In this document: positions 16,767-25,207 of the stretch, in pieces
Numbering within the stretch: the stretch's first letter is position 1
Layout of the letters: every line of letters begins with the position of its first letter
Source of the DNA: Trichlorobacter lovleyi SZ
GTDB lineage: Bacteria; Desulfobacterota; Desulfuromonadia; Geobacterales; Pseudopelobacteraceae
Length of the DNA: 32,000 bases
Assembly: GCF_000020385.1 (NCBI RefSeq)
Contig: NC_010814.1
Span: forward strand, 3,300,001-3,332,000
Reading direction: 5' to 3'
Notes under the pieces: model-generated
What the model saw: the letters and a program-made list of their open reading frames with translations, nothing else
What the model was told of the DNA's origin: nothing
The model's database searches: none
Position numbers and translations under genes: made by a program

Positions 16767-17126
16767 CTAGCTTAAAGGACTGATAACAAAACGCAGTACA
16801 CCGGCAATGCCCGGCGCTTGATTGCTTGCAAATGCAACCGATACAACCGCCCTGCCCTGCTCATCACTGGATAGAACCGCCTGCTGGATTGTTTGCCCGC
16901 TACTCCCCCAACGATACCTCACACTCCAGCCCGTGTCTGCCTTGGGCGGTGTTATTTCTACCATAAACTCATCACTGTACAACTTGTTACCTGCATAGTG
17001 CCCGTCAAACCAGAAGGCGCGGTTTACCTCGTAATCCGGTGTCCTCACGGCGAACATCAGGCTGTAGCTAAGCGTGAGATACGCGTGTCTAAAGCGGAGC
17101 GATGCCCAGTGGGATCTGCAGGGCAT
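16767..17126 (-). CDS. Hypothetical protein (up to 119 aa; start uncertain, possibly M24 at 17057, or a frameshifted longer gene)
   Basis: The C-terminal ~95 aa have a plausible beta-rich composition, and the gene is co-directional with the amylase gene. No convincing RBS is present. ORF 17057-17245 overlaps its 5' end in another frame. Confidence 0.3.
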   Translation of the reverse strand: MPCRSHWASLRFRHAYLTLSYSLMFAVRTPDYEVNRAFWFDGHYAGNKLYSDEFMVEITPPKADTGWSVRYRWGSSGQTIQQAVLSSDEQGRAVVSVAFASNQAPGIAGVLRFVISPLS

Positions 17127-17558
17127 ACGTTATGGGATGTGTGTTGTGTGGAGTCTGCAGACATTGTCACTTCCCCCGGCGTATGATGGAAAAAACAGTT
17201 CACACAGCGTGCCATTGTCGAATCGGCAAATTCAGCTGATATCATTACAATTATTTTTTATGTTTTTTCCGGCAGCTGTAAAGTTTCTTGCCATTCGGCC
17301 CGTCAACCCAAAAAAATCAAACAACTCCATGTTGTTAATAAAATTATAAATTTCTTACCATCTAAAAATTCTTTACACTCCACAGGTCAGCCGTTTTCTG
17401 TGCCGCTGATCAGGCCGGATAAGGTTTCAGTCCGGCAAAGGCTGCGGCACAATCCAGCTACTGGTGAGACAAGAGCGGTTTTCCACTGGACAGTGCCACG
17501 GCAATGGACTACATACCGCTGATAGCAAAGCAGCTACCGAGACCAAGCGAGGGACACA

Positions 17559-18092
17559 ATGCCCCGGCCCCCTTCAAATATTGTCCTGATCGGCATGCCG
17601 GGAGCCGGCAAAAGTACGCTGGGGGTTATCCTGGCCAAGCTGGCTGCACTGCAGTTTGTGGATACGGATATCCTGATCCAGACCGCCCTGCAGCGCAGTC
17701 TGCAGGAGATTGTGGACAGGGACGGCTATCTGGCCCTGCGGCAGGCCGAGGAACGGGTGCTGCTGGAGTTGACGGTGCATAATGCGGTGATTGCCACCGG
17801 CGGCAGCGCCGTCTACAGCCGGCGGGCCATGACCCGGCTCAAGTCCGATGGGCTGGTGGTGTTTCTTGATCTGCCGCTGGCGGTGCTGGAGAGACGCATT
17901 CACAACTACTGCACCCGCGGCCTCGCAAAGCCTCCTGAACAGAGTTTTGCGGATATGTTTCAGGAACGCCGCCCGCTCTACAGCAGGTACGCGGATATCA
18001 CGATTACCCCGGCCGGACTGCCACAGGAAGAGGTCTGCGGGCAGATCATGGCACAGGTACGGACCAGGCGGTCCGGATTTCAATCCCGATAA
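17559..18092 (+). CDS. aroK: Shikimate kinase
   Basis: The Walker A motif is IVLIGMPGAGKSTLG, followed by FVDTD. The length is 177 aa. Confidence 0.85.
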   Translation: MPRPPSNIVLIGMPGAGKSTLGVILAKLAALQFVDTDILIQTALQRSLQEIVDRDGYLALRQAEERVLLELTVHNAVIATGGSAVYSRRAMTRLKSDGLVVFLDLPLAVLERRIHNYCTRGLAKPPEQSFADMFQERRPLYSRYADITITPAGLPQEEVCGQIMAQVRTRRSGFQSR

Positions 18093-18122
18093 CACTAACA
18101 GCTTCAGTCAACCACAATCCGG

Positions 18123-18161
18123 AAACGGGTGATGCTACTCAGCAGCACCCGTTTTGTTTTT
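18123..18161 (+). terminator. Rho-independent terminator after aroK
   Basis: aaacgggtg (18123-18131) pairs with cacccgttt (18146-18154), followed by tgttttt. Confidence 0.7.
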
Positions 18162-18278
18162 CCGGCCGGATGCCTGACAGCAGGCCGGTATCACGGCCAA
18201 ACTCTTTCGGACGGATACCGCGCATCCATGTTAGTATGGCAGAGCCTGTCGGATTGGGCGGATCAAGGAGAGTACCGA

Positions 18279-19544
18279 ATGGAGCACGGCATCAGCACAG
18301 TGAAGACAGGCAACGACCCGGGAGACCATCCGAACCGGTTCCATCTGCTGCCGTTTGAAGACAAACGCAGCTATCTGGGCAGCCTGCCCGCCGGGGACAA
18401 AGTGGAGCTGCTGCTGGAAGACCCAGAGGCCACCAGGCTGCTGCGGGCAATGCCGCCCCAGGAGCTGTACTGGCTGCTCAAGGAGATCGATGCTGCCGAT
18501 GCACTGGAGCTGCTGGGGGTGGCAAACCCACGTCAGTGTATCTTTATTCTGGATATGGAACTCTGGAAGGGCTGGAACTTTGAAGAGGACAAGGCGGTCG
18601 AATATCTCGGTTATCTCATTCAGGGGTCTGATGAGCATTTTCTGGAACTGCTGCCCCATCTGGATTTTAACCTGCTTTCCCTGTTGCTGGGCAGGGAGCT
18701 GATTGTCACAGGAGGGGTCGGTGATCTTAATAACGATGAAGAACGCCAGACAGACGGGGATCATACCTTTGATGATATGTTCCTGATCAAGTTCAAGAAC
18801 CCCAAACATGCCCCGGTAATCGGCGCCTTTCTTGAGCTGGTCTGCCGCTTTGACAATCCACTGTATGTGGCGCTGATGGAAAGCGTCAGCGGCGAGATCG
18901 ATATCGAATCGGAAGAGGAGTGCTATCACCTGAAATCAGGACGTCTGGCCGAGCTGGGGTTCCCACCCCATGATGAGGCGCTGGAGCTCTATTCCCGCAT
19001 CAACCCGGAGAGCTTTGTCCCCGGCCAGACCAAACTGCTGATACAGGCCGGTGAAGCGGGTACGCTGCCCGGGCCCCTGTTGACCGGCACGACTTTTTTG
19101 GAACGGGTGATGCTGCTGACGGACTCGGAGCTCTTCCGGATGGAGCTGAGTTACCTCGTCAATACGGCCCTGGTGGCAGACCAGGCCCACCTGGCCGACA
19201 CGGACCAGATAAAATCAGTCGTTGCAAGGGTGTACGGTTATCTGAACATCGCTCTGGAGCAGCTCTGCCGGGGGGATGAGGCCAAGGGGGTGGAGATCCT
19301 TACCGGTGAACATCTGAAACGGCTGTTCCAGCTGGGGTTCAGCATCGTGCTTGGCCTGAAGTTCAAGGCGGACAGACTTTCAGATACAAGCTATGCCACC
19401 GGCAAGGTCCTGCTGGGTCTGAAGAGCGCCAGACCGCGCTACTACCGCGGCCTTGATCCGGACGGTATTGACGACTACCGGGAATTCCGGGAGCTGCAGG
19501 ATGTCAGGAACATGGCTGATTTTCTTGCAGAGCTGAAGGCCTGA
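18279..19544 (+). CDS. Acidic conserved-looking hypothetical protein (421 aa)
   Basis: RBS AAGGAGAG lies 8 nt upstream of the ATG at 18279. The ORF-track start at 18129 lies inside the aroK terminator. Composition is coherent, and the antisense ORF (18231-18929) is less plausible. I cannot name a family confidently. Confidence 0.7.
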   Translation: MEHGISTVKTGNDPGDHPNRFHLLPFEDKRSYLGSLPAGDKVELLLEDPEATRLLRAMPPQELYWLLKEIDAADALELLGVANPRQCIFILDMELWKGWNFEEDKAVEYLGYLIQGSDEHFLELLPHLDFNLLSLLLGRELIVTGGVGDLNNDEERQTDGDHTFDDMFLIKFKNPKHAPVIGAFLELVCRFDNPLYVALMESVSGEIDIESEEECYHLKSGRLAELGFPPHDEALELYSRINPESFVPGQTKLLIQAGEAGTLPGPLLTGTTFLERVMLLTDSELFRMELSYLVNTALVADQAHLADTDQIKSVVARVYGYLNIALEQLCRGDEAKGVEILTGEHLKRLFQLGFSIVLGLKFKADRLSDTSYATGKVLLGLKSARPRYYRGLDPDGIDDYREFRELQDVRNMADFLAELKA

Positions 19545-19574
19545 CCATCGCAGGGACGTAACGCTCTCAGGTGA

Positions 19575-19745
19575 CTACTCCTGCTTCCGGTTCAGCTCTT
19601 CATACAGCGCAATCTGTTCCTGCAGCGACAACTGCTTGCGGCAGCAGTCTTTTCTGAGGCACAGGCTGCAACGCTCATCAGAACACCACTGGCAGAAGCG
19701 GCAGTCCGGGCAGGGATGTTTTTGGGCAGGTTTGTCCCGGGTCAT
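19575..19745 (-). CDS. Cys-rich small protein, 56 aa (MTRDKPAQKHPCPDCRFCQWCSDERCSLCLRKDCCRKQLSLQEQIALYEELNRKQE); absent from the ORF track
   Basis: I translated this by hand. It has 8 Cys in a regular CxxCxxCxxC-x4-CxxC-x4-CC array followed by an amphipathic helix. The RBS is weak (GAG). Confidence 0.4.
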   Translation of the reverse strand: MTRDKPAQKHPCPDCRFCQWCSDERCSLCLRKDCCRKQLSLQEQIALYEELNRKQE

Positions 19746-19860
19746 AGGCTCGCAGTCCGTACCTTACAACGGCAGTGTGCCACAGGATAACGGTGGCACA
19801 GGCGAAAGCGGATGAAGAAGGCTGGTTGCCGTGCGCAGAGCCAGCCTCCGCAGCCGTTTT

Positions 19861-20649
19861 CTAATACGCCACATTCCTCTTCACCGCATTCCCCTGCATC
19901 AACTGAGCAAAGGCCTTTTCCTTATCGGCATTCACCAGCAGGTAACGGGGCAGAATCTGCAGCTTCTCCCTGGCCGTGGCATGACGGCGCTCAATGGAGA
20001 AGGTGCTGACAAAGCCGGCTTCTTTGGCTTTTTGCAGCAGGTGATCATCATAAATACCGAACGGCCAGGCCAGCAAATCCACCGGTCCACCCACCTCCTG
20101 TTCCAGCTTCTTGCGCGACTTCAGCAACTGCTCCAGCACCAGCTTGTCATAGGCTGCCGGAGCCAGCTTGCGCTTTTCACGTTTGAAGTTGGGGTGCCAG
20201 TAGGTGTGGGACTGGATATCAAACAGCCCGGTCTTTTTCAGCTCGCGCAGCTGATCCCAGGTCATGGCGTACTTGGCATTTGAGATGGCCGACGGGTAGA
20301 CAAAGATCGTGACCGGGTAGCGGTATTTCTTGATGATCGGCAGCATGTCGCTGTAGACCGTCTTATGGGCATCATCCTCGACAATGATCACGGATTTTGG
20401 CCTGGGGGCCGCGGCTTTACCTTGATACCACAGGACCAGCTGGCGCAGCGGGATCACCTTGTAGCCGTTGTCATGCAGATACTTCATATGGGATTCAAAG
20501 ACCGGGGTGGTGATGGTCATGCCATCGGCCACGGTGGGACCAAAGCGGTGGTAGAGCAGGATCGGGACAGAGACGTCAGGAGCTACGGAAGAAAAAGCGG
20601 GACAGGACAGGGAAAGCAGCACAACCAGAACAAGCACAAAACGGGACAT
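19861..20649 (-). CDS. Secreted polysaccharide deacetylase (NodB homology domain)
   Basis: A signal peptide is present. Motifs are ILLYHRF, IIVEDDAH and QSHTYWHP. The ATG at 20649 follows AAAGGTG; a GTG at 20652 is an alternative start. Confidence 0.8.
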   Translation of the reverse strand: MSRFVLVLVVLLSLSCPAFSSVAPDVSVPILLYHRFGPTVADGMTITTPVFESHMKYLHDNGYKVIPLRQLVLWYQGKAAAPRPKSVIIVEDDAHKTVYSDMLPIIKKYRYPVTIFVYPSAISNAKYAMTWDQLRELKKTGLFDIQSHTYWHPNFKREKRKLAPAAYDKLVLEQLLKSRKKLEQEVGGPVDLLAWPFGIYDDHLLQKAKEAGFVSTFSIERRHATAREKLQILPRYLLVNADKEKAFAQLMQGNAVKRNVAY

Positions 20650-20767
20650 CACAACACCTTTCAGAATGTAGATACGGGGAGACCCCAGCCAAACAAGCTA
20701 CAAACATGCGAAAATACCAAAAAACTTAAAGACCGGACACCGGGGCAGCCAGTGGGATCGAGACGGT

Positions 20768-21223
20768 TTATGCCCGCACCAGATACACCGAGCAGGGTGC
20801 CAGCTCAGCCACCCGGCGGGAGACAGAGCCCTTCAGACGACGCTCCAGAAAACCTTTACCGGAACTGCCGATCACGATCACGTCCACTCCCTCCTGCCTG
20901 GCAAATTCCACCAGCTTTTCCGCCGGTTCACCTGCCTCAACAATCATCTCAAGGGGCACATCGTATTCGGCAGCAGACTTTTCGACAATATAGAAGATCC
21001 GCTTACGCAGCTCATCCCACTGTTCGGTCTCGGTCAACGGCTTGACCGGTACGAAGTCGGAATAGCTGGAACTCTGGGCATTGGGTACCACCAACAGGGC
21101 AAAGACCTTGCTTTTGAACTGGCTGCGATTACCTGCCGCCATCCGAACCGCCTCTTCAGCCGCCTTATCCGAGTACGGCGAACCGTCAATTGCCACCAGA
21201 ATTTTCTTTCTCAAGTTCAGCAT
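20768..21223 (-). CDS. Universal stress protein (UspA family)
   Basis: RBS GGAG precedes the ATG at 21223. The sequence includes KILVAIDGSPYS, and the ATP motif is GSSGKGFLERRLKGSVS. Confidence 0.85.
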   Translation of the reverse strand: MLNLRKKILVAIDGSPYSDKAAEEAVRMAAGNRSQFKSKVFALLVVPNAQSSSYSDFVPVKPLTETEQWDELRKRIFYIVEKSAAEYDVPLEMIVEAGEPAEKLVEFARQEGVDVIVIGSSGKGFLERRLKGSVSRRVAELAPCSVYLVRA

Positions 21224-21309
21224 GTCTGCTCCGCTTTGTTTTATTTTTAGGCAGATCGTATATCGCAAGCACAGACGTTACGATAAAAATATAATGCAAT
21301 TATTCATAC

Positions 21310-21340
21310 TTGACAATTATAAAACAAGATTCTATATAAT
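21310..21340 (+). promoter_or_regulatory. Strong sigma70 promoter for the IclR-family gene
   Basis: TTGACA (21310-21315), a 17-nt spacer, then TATATA/TATAAT (21333-21340), in a ~30% GC divergent intergenic region. Confidence 0.6.
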
Positions 21341-21401
21341 AGTCCTAACAGTATGTTAAGTTACAACAAACTCCACACCATGCCCCTCAGGAACCACACA
21401 A

Positions 21402-22184
21402 ATGGCAAAAAAAGAAAAATCAGAATATCTTATTCAGGCAGTATCCCACGCCCTTGACCTGCTGGAGCAGTTCCACGGGGAGACCGACGAGCTGGGCGTC
21501 ACCGAACTTTCAAAACGGCTGAAACTTCACAAAAACAACGTCTTCCGCCTGCTGGCAACCCTCGAATCACGTGGTTATATTGAGCAAAACAAGGTAACCG
21601 AAAACTATCGGCTTGGCCTGAAAACCCTGGAACTGGGACAAACCTTTATCAAACAGATGGGGCTTTTGCGTCAATCAAAACCGGTCATTGAAGACCTGGT
21701 CAGGACCTGCAACGAAACCACCTATGTGGCGGTACTGAAAGATTTCCACATCATTTATCTGGACAGCGTTGAAACCAGCATGACCGTCCGGGTTGTCCCC
21801 AGAGTCGGGTCCCGTCTGCCTGCCTACTGCACCGCAGCCGGCAAGGTGCAGATCGCCTATATGAGCAGCGACGAGATCGACCACTACCTGCCGAACCGCG
21901 AACTGCAGAAGTTTACTGCCAACACCATCGGAGACCGGGAAGAACTGAAAAAACAGCTGGCCGAGATTGCAGAACAGGGCTTTGCCATTGACAACGAAGA
22001 GCTTGATGAAGGGGTTAAATGCGTCAGCGCCCCGATCCGTGACTATACCCGCCGGATCATTGGAGCGGTCAGCATCTCCGGCCCATCCATGCGTTTTTCG
22101 GATGAGCGGATCGCCAAAGAACTGATCCCGCTGGCAACCAAGGCAGCAGAAGAGATCTCCACCAAGCTGGGCTACCAGAAATAG
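21402..22184 (+). CDS. IclR-family transcriptional regulator
   Basis: The N-terminal wHTH is GVTELSKRLKLHKNNVFRLLATLESRGYI. A C-terminal IclR effector domain is present (GAVSISGP). The length is 260 aa. Confidence 0.9.
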   Translation: MAKKEKSEYLIQAVSHALDLLEQFHGETDELGVTELSKRLKLHKNNVFRLLATLESRGYIEQNKVTENYRLGLKTLELGQTFIKQMGLLRQSKPVIEDLVRTCNETTYVAVLKDFHIIYLDSVETSMTVRVVPRVGSRLPAYCTAAGKVQIAYMSSDEIDHYLPNRELQKFTANTIGDREELKKQLAEIAEQGFAIDNEELDEGVKCVSAPIRDYTRRIIGAVSISGPSMRFSDERIAKELIPLATKAAEEISTKLGYQK

Positions 22185-22210
22185 ACTCGGCCCTGCCCCA
22201 TCTACCAGTA

Positions 22211-22241
22211 AGGGGATACCGGAAACCGGTATCCCCTTTTT
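22211..22241. terminator. Bidirectional rho-independent terminator between convergent genes
   Basis: aggggataccgg, loop aaa, ccggtatcccct, with a T-run on the plus strand and a partial A/T context on the other strand. Confidence 0.7.
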
Positions 22242-22274
22242 GTTTGGCAACAGGCCATTAACAACCAACAGTTC

Positions 22275-22715
22275 CTAAAACAAGGTCTCGCGGTTCATCA
22301 GACTGTCAATAAATCCTGCCCCCTTGGGCCCCTTGTAATCAACACATTTGGCCCAGGCAACCAGGGCGAGATCAATATCCTTTTTCTGCTCTGCCGACAT
22401 GGCGTCATACCCCAACTCCTTTGACGGGGTCAGCAGCACCTGTACAAACTGACGGTAGTCAACCGCAGCGGGCAGTTTCTCAACCACGCAGGTACAGTAA
22501 CTCTCGACACCGACCACCTTCATGCACTGGTCCCGCTTGACCGGCAAAGTCTGTTTTTTCAGCTTTAAAGCGGTCAGCTCGGCGATCTGCTGTTCCAGCT
22601 TCTGAATCTTCTCCAGCAACTCGGCCTGTTTCTTAGGATCCAGCTCAGCAGCCCGGACCGGGGCATGCCACAGTAGCGCATTCAAGACCAGCAGGCAGAT
22701 CACCATCTTTTTCAT
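22275..22715 (-). CDS. Periplasmic hypothetical protein with a coiled-coil segment and 4 Cys (146 aa)
   Basis: RBS GAGGTGAAGA is present. The signal peptide is MKKMVICLLVLNALLWHAPVRA|AE. It is the last gene downstream of the ABC-2 operon. Confidence 0.65.
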   Translation of the reverse strand: MKKMVICLLVLNALLWHAPVRAAELDPKKQAELLEKIQKLEQQIAELTALKLKKQTLPVKRDQCMKVVGVESYCTCVVEKLPAAVDYRQFVQVLLTPSKELGYDAMSAEQKKDIDLALVAWAKCVDYKGPKGAGFIDSLMNRETLF

Positions 22716-22793
22716 TCTTCACCTCGTTGCATTTGATACCTAGTGGCTGGGCGACCTTAACGAGTCAAGGACGGCTTGTCAACCAGAACAAAG

Positions 22794-23921
22794 TCATCCG
22801 ACGGTCTTCCTGAAGCGCGCCACCGCCACCCCCAGCACCACTGAACCGATCACCAGCAGCATCCCGAACTGTTTCCAGAGGATCGCCAGCCCCACCCCCT
22901 TCAGGTACAGCCCACGGATGATCTCCATAAACCAGCGCACCGGGTTGATCTGGGTCAGCCACTGCACCGGCAGCGGCATGTTCTCCACCGGAAAGGCGAA
23001 GCCGGACAGCAACATGGCGATAAAGATAATGAAAAAGGCTGACATCTTGGCCTGCTGCTGGGTCTGGCTGATGGTGGAGAGGAACAGGCCGGTCCCCAGC
23101 GAACTCATCAGGAACAGGCCGGTGGCCACGATCAGCAGCGTGATGCTGCCCCGCACCGGCACCCGGAACACCAGCCAGCCCACCAGGCTGATCAGGAAGA
23201 CGTTGGCATAGCCGATCAGCACGAACGGCAGGGTCTTGCCCAGAATGAACTCGTATTTACGGATCGGGGTTACGATCACCTGCTCAATGGTGCCGATCTC
23301 CTTTTCCCGCACCACCGCCATGGCAGACAACAGCATGGTGATGATGTAGAGGATATTGGCGATCACTGCCGGTACATAGAACGGCGGACTGGCCAGATCG
23401 GGGTTGAACCAGGCCCGAGCCTCCATCCGCACCGCACCGGACAGCAACGGAAAGCCGCTGCGACCGGTCTGTTCCGTCAGCAGCCTGATGTTCTGAGCCT
23501 CGGCAAAGCGGGAGAGATAGCCCAGGATCACCCCGGCGGTGTTTGAGTCGGAACCATCCACCAACGCCTGCACGGTGGCGGCCTTGCCCGCTCCCAACTG
23601 CCCGGCCAGGCCGTGGTTGATCACCAGTGCCACCCGCACACTGCCGCTATCCAGCAGCCGGGCGGCCTGCTGCTCGTTCTCAAGCCGGATACTGTCACGG
23701 AAGTGCCCCGAGGCGAACAGCACCTGCAGCAGCTCACGGCTTTGAGGGGAGTTGTCGCGGTCGATCACTGCCGTGGGGATCTTGCGCACATCCATATTGA
23801 CCGCATAGCCGAAGATCACGGTCTGCACCATCGGCAGGATAAACAGCACCACCCGCATCCGCGGGTCGCGGAAGGTCTGGATGAACTCTTTAATCAGCAT
23901 CGCTTTCAGACGTTCGAACAT
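22794..23921 (-). CDS. ABC-2 type transporter permease (YbhR/YbhS-like), 375 aa
   Basis: The start MFERLKAMLIKEFIQTFRDPR is at 23921, 2 nt after the upstream permease stop. The 547-aa ORF-track version is an artefactual upstream extension. The protein has six TM segments. Confidence 0.85.
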   Translation of the reverse strand: MFERLKAMLIKEFIQTFRDPRMRVVLFILPMVQTVIFGYAVNMDVRKIPTAVIDRDNSPQSRELLQVLFASGHFRDSIRLENEQQAARLLDSGSVRVALVINHGLAGQLGAGKAATVQALVDGSDSNTAGVILGYLSRFAEAQNIRLLTEQTGRSGFPLLSGAVRMEARAWFNPDLASPPFYVPAVIANILYIITMLLSAMAVVREKEIGTIEQVIVTPIRKYEFILGKTLPFVLIGYANVFLISLVGWLVFRVPVRGSITLLIVATGLFLMSSLGTGLFLSTISQTQQQAKMSAFFIIFIAMLLSGFAFPVENMPLPVQWLTQINPVRWFMEIIRGLYLKGVGLAILWKQFGMLLVIGSVVLGVAVARFRKTVG

Positions 23922-23923
23922 GA

Positions 23924-25207
23924 CTACCCCAGCTTCTTCTTGAACCTGCGCACAGAGATCCCCAAAATCAACAGGGCGAAGCCCAGCAGGAACAGGGCCT
24001 GGGGCCAGAGTACCCCTAGCCCGACATCTTTCAGGTAGATCCCTCGCAGGATGTTGACAAAGTAGCGGGCCACCACGATATGGCTGACCGCCTGGATCGG
24101 GGCCGGCATGTTCTCCAGCGGAAAGATGAAACCGGACAGCAGAAAGGCAGGCAGCACCGTCACCAACAGAGCCAGTTGACTGGCCAGCAGCTGGCTCTTG
24201 GCAATGATGCTGATCAGCATCCCCACTGCCAGCGCCCCCACCAGGAACAGTAGCGACAGGGCAGAGAGCAGCAGCAGACTGCCTTTCAACGGCACACTGA
24301 ACACGAAATAACCGACCCCCACCGACAGCAGCAGGTCCACCACCCCGATGCAGAAATAGGGGGCCAGCTTGCCGATGATCAGCTCCCACTTGCGCACCGG
24401 CATGGTCACGATCTGCTCCATGGTGCCGGTCTCCCACTCCCGTGCCATGCTGAGCGAGGTCAACAGCGCCGCCACGATCATCATGATCACCGGGATCAGG
24501 CCAGGGAAGATGAAGTTTCTCGATACCAGGTCGGTGTTGAACCAGACTCGGGGCCTGATCTCAAGCTGTGGTGAGGCCATATCCGGCCGGATACGTTCGT
24601 TGGCTTCGTCGGGTCCTCCTCGACGTGCTGCTCGGTACGCCTGCGTCGCCCCCTCCTCGCCGCCTGCTTCTCCGACCGCCTCTGACCTCACTATAACGGT
24701 TTGTTTCGTATAGTTACGTTGCAACTGCTGGATAACTATCTGGCGCGACCAGGTCAGTATGATCGCCTCGGCATAGCCCTGGGCGATGGTGGCGGTGCTG
24801 GGGTCGCTGCCGTCCAGGATCACCTGCAGGCTTGGGCTGTCCCCGGTCTCCAGCCGGTTGGCAAAATCAGGCGGGATCACCAGGGCGATCAACGCCTCAC
24901 GCCGGTCCACCGCCCGTTCCAGGTCGGCGTAGGACAGGGCATGGGAGCGAAGTGAGAAGTAGCGCGAGCCCTCAAACCTGCTGATCAGCTCCCGGCTCTG
25001 GCTGGTACCACTCTGGTCCCAGACCGCCAGTGGTACCCGATCCACATCCAGAGTCAGGGCGTAGCCGAACAGAAACAACATGATCAGCGGCATCAGAATA
25101 CCCAGCGCCAGACTGCGCGGGTCCCGCAGCACATGCAGAAATTCCTTGCGCCCCACTGCGCTGATCCGCCGCAGAGAGGCGTTTGCCACAGAGGACACAG
25201 AGTTCAT
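23924..25207 (-). CDS. ABC-2 type transporter permease (YbhS/YbhR-like), 427 aa, carrying a repeat-derived insertion
   Basis: It is a paralogue of the downstream permease (RKEFLHVLRDPRS, WFNTDL, six TM segments). Its start overlaps the ATPase stop (ATGA). The extra G/E/A/R-rich segment coincides with repeat copy B. Confidence 0.85.
   Translation of the reverse strand: MNSVSSVANASLRRISAVGRKEFLHVLRDPRSLALGILMPLIMLFLFGYALTLDVDRVPLAVWDQSGTSQSRELISRFEGSRYFSLRSHALSYADLERAVDRREALIALVIPPDFANRLETGDSPSLQVILDGSDPSTATIAQGYAEAIILTWSRQIVIQQLQRNYTKQTVIVRSEAVGEAGGEEGATQAYRAARRGGPDEANERIRPDMASPQLEIRPRVWFNTDLVSRNFIFPGLIPVIMMIVAALLTSLSMAREWETGTMEQIVTMPVRKWELIIGKLAPYFCIGVVDLLLSVGVGYFVFSVPLKGSLLLLSALSLLFLVGALAVGMLISIIAKSQLLASQLALLVTVLPAFLLSGFIFPLENMPAPIQAVSHIVVARYFVNILRGIYLKDVGLGVLWPQALFLLGFALLILGISVRRFKKKLG
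24575..24700 (-). repeat. Structured repeat family, copy B (core 24599-24664), inside a coding sequence
   Basis: The reverse complement shares ggcggcga, the exact 17-mer ggcgacgcaggcgtacc (24634-24650 against 5818-5834), cgtcgag and aagccaac with copy A, in the same order and spacing. Confidence 0.7.

Noticed and set aside
17400-17520. A nested hairpin upstream of aroK (gtgccgc..ggccgga..tccggc..gcggcac) containing ggcaaaggc. I considered it as a GEMM-I (c-di-GMP/cGAMP) or other riboswitch.
   Set aside because: It lacks the conserved GEMM-I elements (for example ACGCAAAGCC and the tetraloop-receptor arrangement). Only a generic stem-loop is visible, and I know of no riboswitch class for aroK.
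18129-18278. The ORF-track start of the 471-aa ORF.
   Set aside because: That start lies within the aroK terminator hairpin and T-run. The ATG at 18279 has a strong AAGGAGAG RBS.
23922-24437. The upstream 172-codon extension of the 22794 permease ORF (547-aa version).
   Set aside because: It overlaps the upstream permease gene out of frame with a Gly/Ala/Arg/Pro-rich sequence. The paralogue alignment and the MFERLK start at 23921 define the real gene.
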